NCBI RefSeq assembly: GCF_001194135.2
Contig: NC_068994.1
Location: 632,417 to 696,416 of the forward strand
Direction of reading: 5' to 3'
From: Octopus bimaculoides
Lineage: Eukaryota
DNA length: 64,000 bases
Shown: positions 60,001-64,000 of the stretch, one piece after another
Numbering within the stretch: the first letter of the stretch is position 1
How the letters are laid out: each line of letters starts with the position of its first letter
Notes under the pieces: generated by a model
Told to the model about the DNA's origin: nothing
The model's database searches: none
The model's input: the letters and a program-made list of their open reading frames with translations, nothing else
Translations under genes and position numbers: made by a program

Positions 60001-60578
60001 CTTTCCATTTCCCTCTGCTCCACCCCGGTAGGGTTTCCACTGGTTATTTTCTTCATTACAAACACTACTGACAGCAGGAAGAGAAGACAAAAGACGTTGC
60101 AGCCTTGAAGGATGGCAATAAGGATGCTTCAGTTTCCAGTATGGCTCATATTTGTTCTCACTCTGTCACTAGAGTCATCATAAAGCTTTTTGAAAATGGT
60201 AGTCACCATTGGTTTCAACAGTCACTCATAATGATCTTCAATGGAAGCTGTCATAAGGATATGCTTACATCTCTCTCTCTCTCTCTCTCTACTTGTTTTC
60301 CTCACATTCACCAGTATATATAAGTGATAAAGGTGGTTTTGAGTAATTTCAACTCCTATTTCTAGCAATGCTGGTACTTTCTTTGTACCCTTCATTATAA
60401 TCATAAACATAATTATAAATACACACACACACACACCTGAGTCAGCACATAAAGGTGAAACAAGGTGGGGAAAAATAGATCACAGCTGTCTGATGAACAC
60501 AAACGTGAAGCTTCGAGGAGCAATTTTTTGTGATGTTTTTGCAGCTTTAATGATAAAGTATATATACATTATATATAC

Positions 60579-60620
<42 letters not shown>

Positions 60621-60769
60621 ATTCTTTCGTTGTGAACAACAGTAAAATAAAGTGTAATCCTGTTCTGTGGACCAGAATGTGTCTCTTGAGGTCTGCTGTT
60701 TCTTTGCAAACCTTTTGGCAAATGGAACAAGTTGAGGACTCAGCTTGCTCAAGTGCTTATGGATGATTT

Positions 60770-61200
60770 ACTGTGTTTTCTTGGGTGGACAGCAAGGACT
60801 GCTTTGCTTCATGCCACAAAGCCACAACAACAGGTAAGGTTTCCGTTTAGAGGAGCAGTGTTCTGCCAGCATGATGCTTGCATGAAGTTGGTTTTGATGC
60901 TGGAGTCTACTTTGCTCAGCTCTTTGAACTGAGGAGAAGCAGGACTGGCACCAGGTCCTGCATTCTGATGCTTTGTTTTCCCAACAAGAAAAGGGAATGC
61001 TGCATCGCCTCAGGTTGTCTTTTAGTTTGTTTTTGAAGCGCAAGAGTGGCCTTCCAACTGACCTTCCTGTTGATAATTGGCCAAAGAGAAGTTGCTTTGG
61101 AATTCTGATATCACTCATACATGAGAGCTGACCTGACCATCTAAGCTGTATTTTGATGAGAATGGCTTCCACACCTGATATATTGCATTTTTGTTATGAA
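60770..61200 (-). mobile_element. RTE-BovB-like LINE ORF2 C-terminus
   Basis: QLRWSGQLSCMSDIRIPKQLLFGQLSTGRSVGRPLLRFKNKLKDNL, with a frameshifted terminal Cys/His finger. Confidence 0.8.
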
Positions 61201-61654
61201 TATGGTCAGTTGGCTTTATGTTGGAGATATATAGTATTTGTTACACAAGTTTCTGTGATTGATAATTGGTAATGGTAAATTATGAATACAATTTACCAGG
61301 AACGTTCTCTCATAGTGTATGCATCATCAGACGGAGTCAAAATGCAAATCACAAAGTTGCAAGCATCATAAAAATGTCTTAGGGATACAAGATAACAAGT
61401 GGGAGTGGGGAAAGTGGGTGAGGTTGGCTAGAAAGGCAAATGTACATAGTGACATAAAAAATAAATATGAGCGAAAACAATTGCGTTGATAGGAAAATTA
61501 TAGTCTCCACTCAGAATGTGTGCTTGAAGATGTGTTCAATAGTATTTATAATTTGCTGTCATCAATTATTGATTATCAATCGCTGAAACATGTGTAACAG
61601 ATGTGAAACAAAGAAATACGAAATTCATACTTCATCTTTTTCTCTCATAAAAGA

Positions 61655-61707
<53 letters not shown>

Positions 61708-61899
61708 TATATATATGAGAGAGAAATACTACAGACATATAGACAGACCAACATATATAGACATGGAAAGTCTTGTTCCAATCTTGTTGGCAGAACAGCA
61801 TCTGCTGCTGTGACTAGAAACCCCACATGTGATACACAGTACTGGCTGCAGTGATTACACTTAGAGGCACAGTTTGCCATCAATTTTGCTTTTTCACCA

Positions 61900-62320
61900 T
61901 CACCAAACCCCAGCCCCTTCTCTTGTATAGTTCCAGTCTCCAGTAAGAGCAATAACCAGCAATGTACCCTGACTTTTTAATGCTCATGTGAAGAGACGTC
62001 ATGTCTCTTGCAGACATCTTTGAAAGGAAGATGAGGTCTTTGCCCTTGTTTTTGGTTCTGAAGGCCAGTTTCCCATGCAACAGAACTTTCAGGATCCATC
62101 TATTTAACATGTCATGTACATATTGCTGTAAGATGTAGAGGTTGGGTGTCTGGGCATAAGTCACAACCTCATTGTTGGTGACTGAGTCCAGAATCCTTTT
62201 CATATTGCAGAGGCAGAAGGTTTTCACATGTTGCATTTGTCTGCTGTAAACGTCCCAGGCCTCACTACTGTAAAACCCAGAGCAAGCTCTGTAAACAGCA
62301 ACCTTTATGTGCACCATTAG
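61900..62320 (-). mobile_element. RTE-BovB-like LINE relic
   Basis: KVAVYRAC...YSSEAWDVYSRQ...KRILDSVTNNEVV...ILKVLLHGKL. Confidence 0.7.
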
Positions 62321-62519
62321 CTTTCTATTCTCTCAGCATGGCAAGGCTGATGAGATGGGGGTGGGGTTTGACTAAAGGGGGTCCAGGGCCATCCCTCACT
62401 ATAAAGAGAAGGATAGGTGAAAGGAACTTCTATATTCCAATGACCAAATTTCTAAGGAATTGGAGAAGCTATTCCAAATATGGAATCAAGTATCTTTGAA
62501 ATAAACCTAGCAAAGACAA

Positions 62520-62975
62520 AAGTTTTAGTTAAAAGCAAAAAAAGACAGGACTTTTGTCCTCAGGAAGGTGACCATGCTCAATATGCAGAAAAGGAGGAAG
62601 TAAGCGGGGAATTTTGTACTGTGAACCCAATATAAAGTATGGTTGTAGAAGGGGTGCAGTGAGATCACAGTCAGGTTGACAGAGAAGAAAGGCTTTGTAT
62701 GTAACAGATGCCCTTGAGTCTTCAGCAGAAAGAGGACTCATGAAATAAATCCTTGCAAATGCATGGAAGGCTCCCTCGAAGTTGTTGACAGCTTCTGTTA
62801 ACAGATGACCTAATCAGTAGTATACAGGGCAGCTGTTGTGAAAGCATAATAACCAGAGTAAGAAGGAAGTGGACCAAGTTCAGAGAGCTATTTACCTTTA
62901 CTGGCAACAGGGGAAATTCTCTCAAAGTAAAGGACAAATTGCATGACGTGTATGAAGTGTAAAGTTGCATGGTAG
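62520..62975 (+). mobile_element. Old degenerate copy of the PHD-containing RTE ORF2
   Basis: Across frameshifts: SGR*PCSICRKG...KVWL*KGCS...GFVCNRC...SLEVVDSF...RVRRKWTKFREL, colinear with 9990-10349. Confidence 0.7.
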
Positions 62976-63534
62976 CTTAAAATAGGCGTTGAATGTAGAG
63001 AATGTGTGAATGTTGAAAAGAAATGGGGTATCAAGCACTCCTGGATGCGTAATGTTTGTATACATGACATAGTACAAATGAGTTGAGAGTGACGCCGGGT
63101 GTAAGAAGAATCACATACAGCATGAAAAAGAGAAAACTTATGTTGGTACGGAGATATGATGCGTATGGAAGATAACAGTTGGGTAAAGAAATAGATTCCC
63201 GGTAAGTCATTGCACATTCCATTTTGAGTGATGGACACAGTCTACTACACAGTCAGCTAAATTTTATTGAACCAAATCTTAACATTTCTCTACATCTTCA
63301 TGCACATTGCAAGGGCAGTAGAAGTGTAAATTTCTTGCATTAGAGGGACATCTCAACAAGTATTCCATAGACGTAGTTGTTTATCTCTAGTTGAACCATA
63401 ATTGAGCAGATGGACAATCAGTGCCATTCCACTGTGACCAACTTCCAATAACATTTTATTTTACTACTCAATCAAATTGATGAAGGAAATGTTCTCGTTA
63501 AACTAACCACAAACTTATTTCACTAGTGTAGTAG

Positions 63535-63597
<63 letters not shown>
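63535..63597. repeat. (TGC)n(TGA)n compound trinucleotide repeat
   Basis: Direct inspection. Confidence 0.9.
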
Positions 63598-64000
63598 CAA
63601 GCAGTTGTGATAATATATTGATTTAGAAGGCCCAATGAAAGTTGTGTGGTTGTCTCAGCTGTGGTCAACGAAGAGGGGCTGCTGTTGTTTATGTCTTGGA
63701 AAGCCATTCTCCATCAGGTGAAGCTGTCGAACAAGTCATAGAAAATCTTTCTTAAACATTCAATCTAGCTTGAACCCTAATAATTCAGTCGCTCTACCCA
63801 AACTATTTTCTCCATTGTTGTCAACAACCCTCCTGCTTTAAGTATTATTAACATAATGTTAACCACACGTTTTTGTAGTTAACTTTACACACCTCTCTCG
63901 CCTCCTCCTCAATTATTTTTTTTCATGAGATTGGTCTTTTTTTATCATATTTATTTATTTATTATAGAAAAGGTGTGTGGTGCATAATGCATGGTGTGTG

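Noticed and set aside
61298-61335. CUGAUGA-U-GCAUA-cac-UAUG...GAGAAC-GU on the minus strand
   Set aside because: GAAA is disrupted and no stem I forms; too degenerate to call.

Overview
AT-rich, repeat-dense animal genomic DNA with several N-gaps. The repeat families and microsatellite load suggest an Octopus/coleoid cephalopod assembly (inference). Two protein-coding genes can be reconstructed by hand, both on the + strand. (1) The last four coding exons of a RAB24 ortholog (1539-8645), plus a candidate 36-nt in-frame exon at 5248-5283. (2) A complete 7-coding-exon TBP gene (15222-25610, 248 aa) with a short N-terminus lacking polyQ. I found no convincing host gene from 26 to 64 kb. That region and the introns contain many copies of a (GAT)n-tailed RTE-type LINE family whose ORF2 has a PHD-type zinc finger inserted in the RT C-terminal region. 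They also hold relics of R4/Dong-like, CRE-like, RTE-BovB-like, CR1-like and Penelope-like retroelements, a Gypsy 3' end with an intact-looking LTR, a mariner relic, tRNA-derived SINEs, an (AAT)n-flanked SINE family, several long hairpins/MITEs and microsatellites. The most interesting items are a tRNA-headed SINE carrying a hammerhead-ribozyme core, the PHD-in-RT LINE, a foldback hairpin and candidate microexon in RAB24, and a possible (AAT)n-targeting LINE/SINE pair. All repeat boundaries are approximate, read by eye, and no database searches were run.
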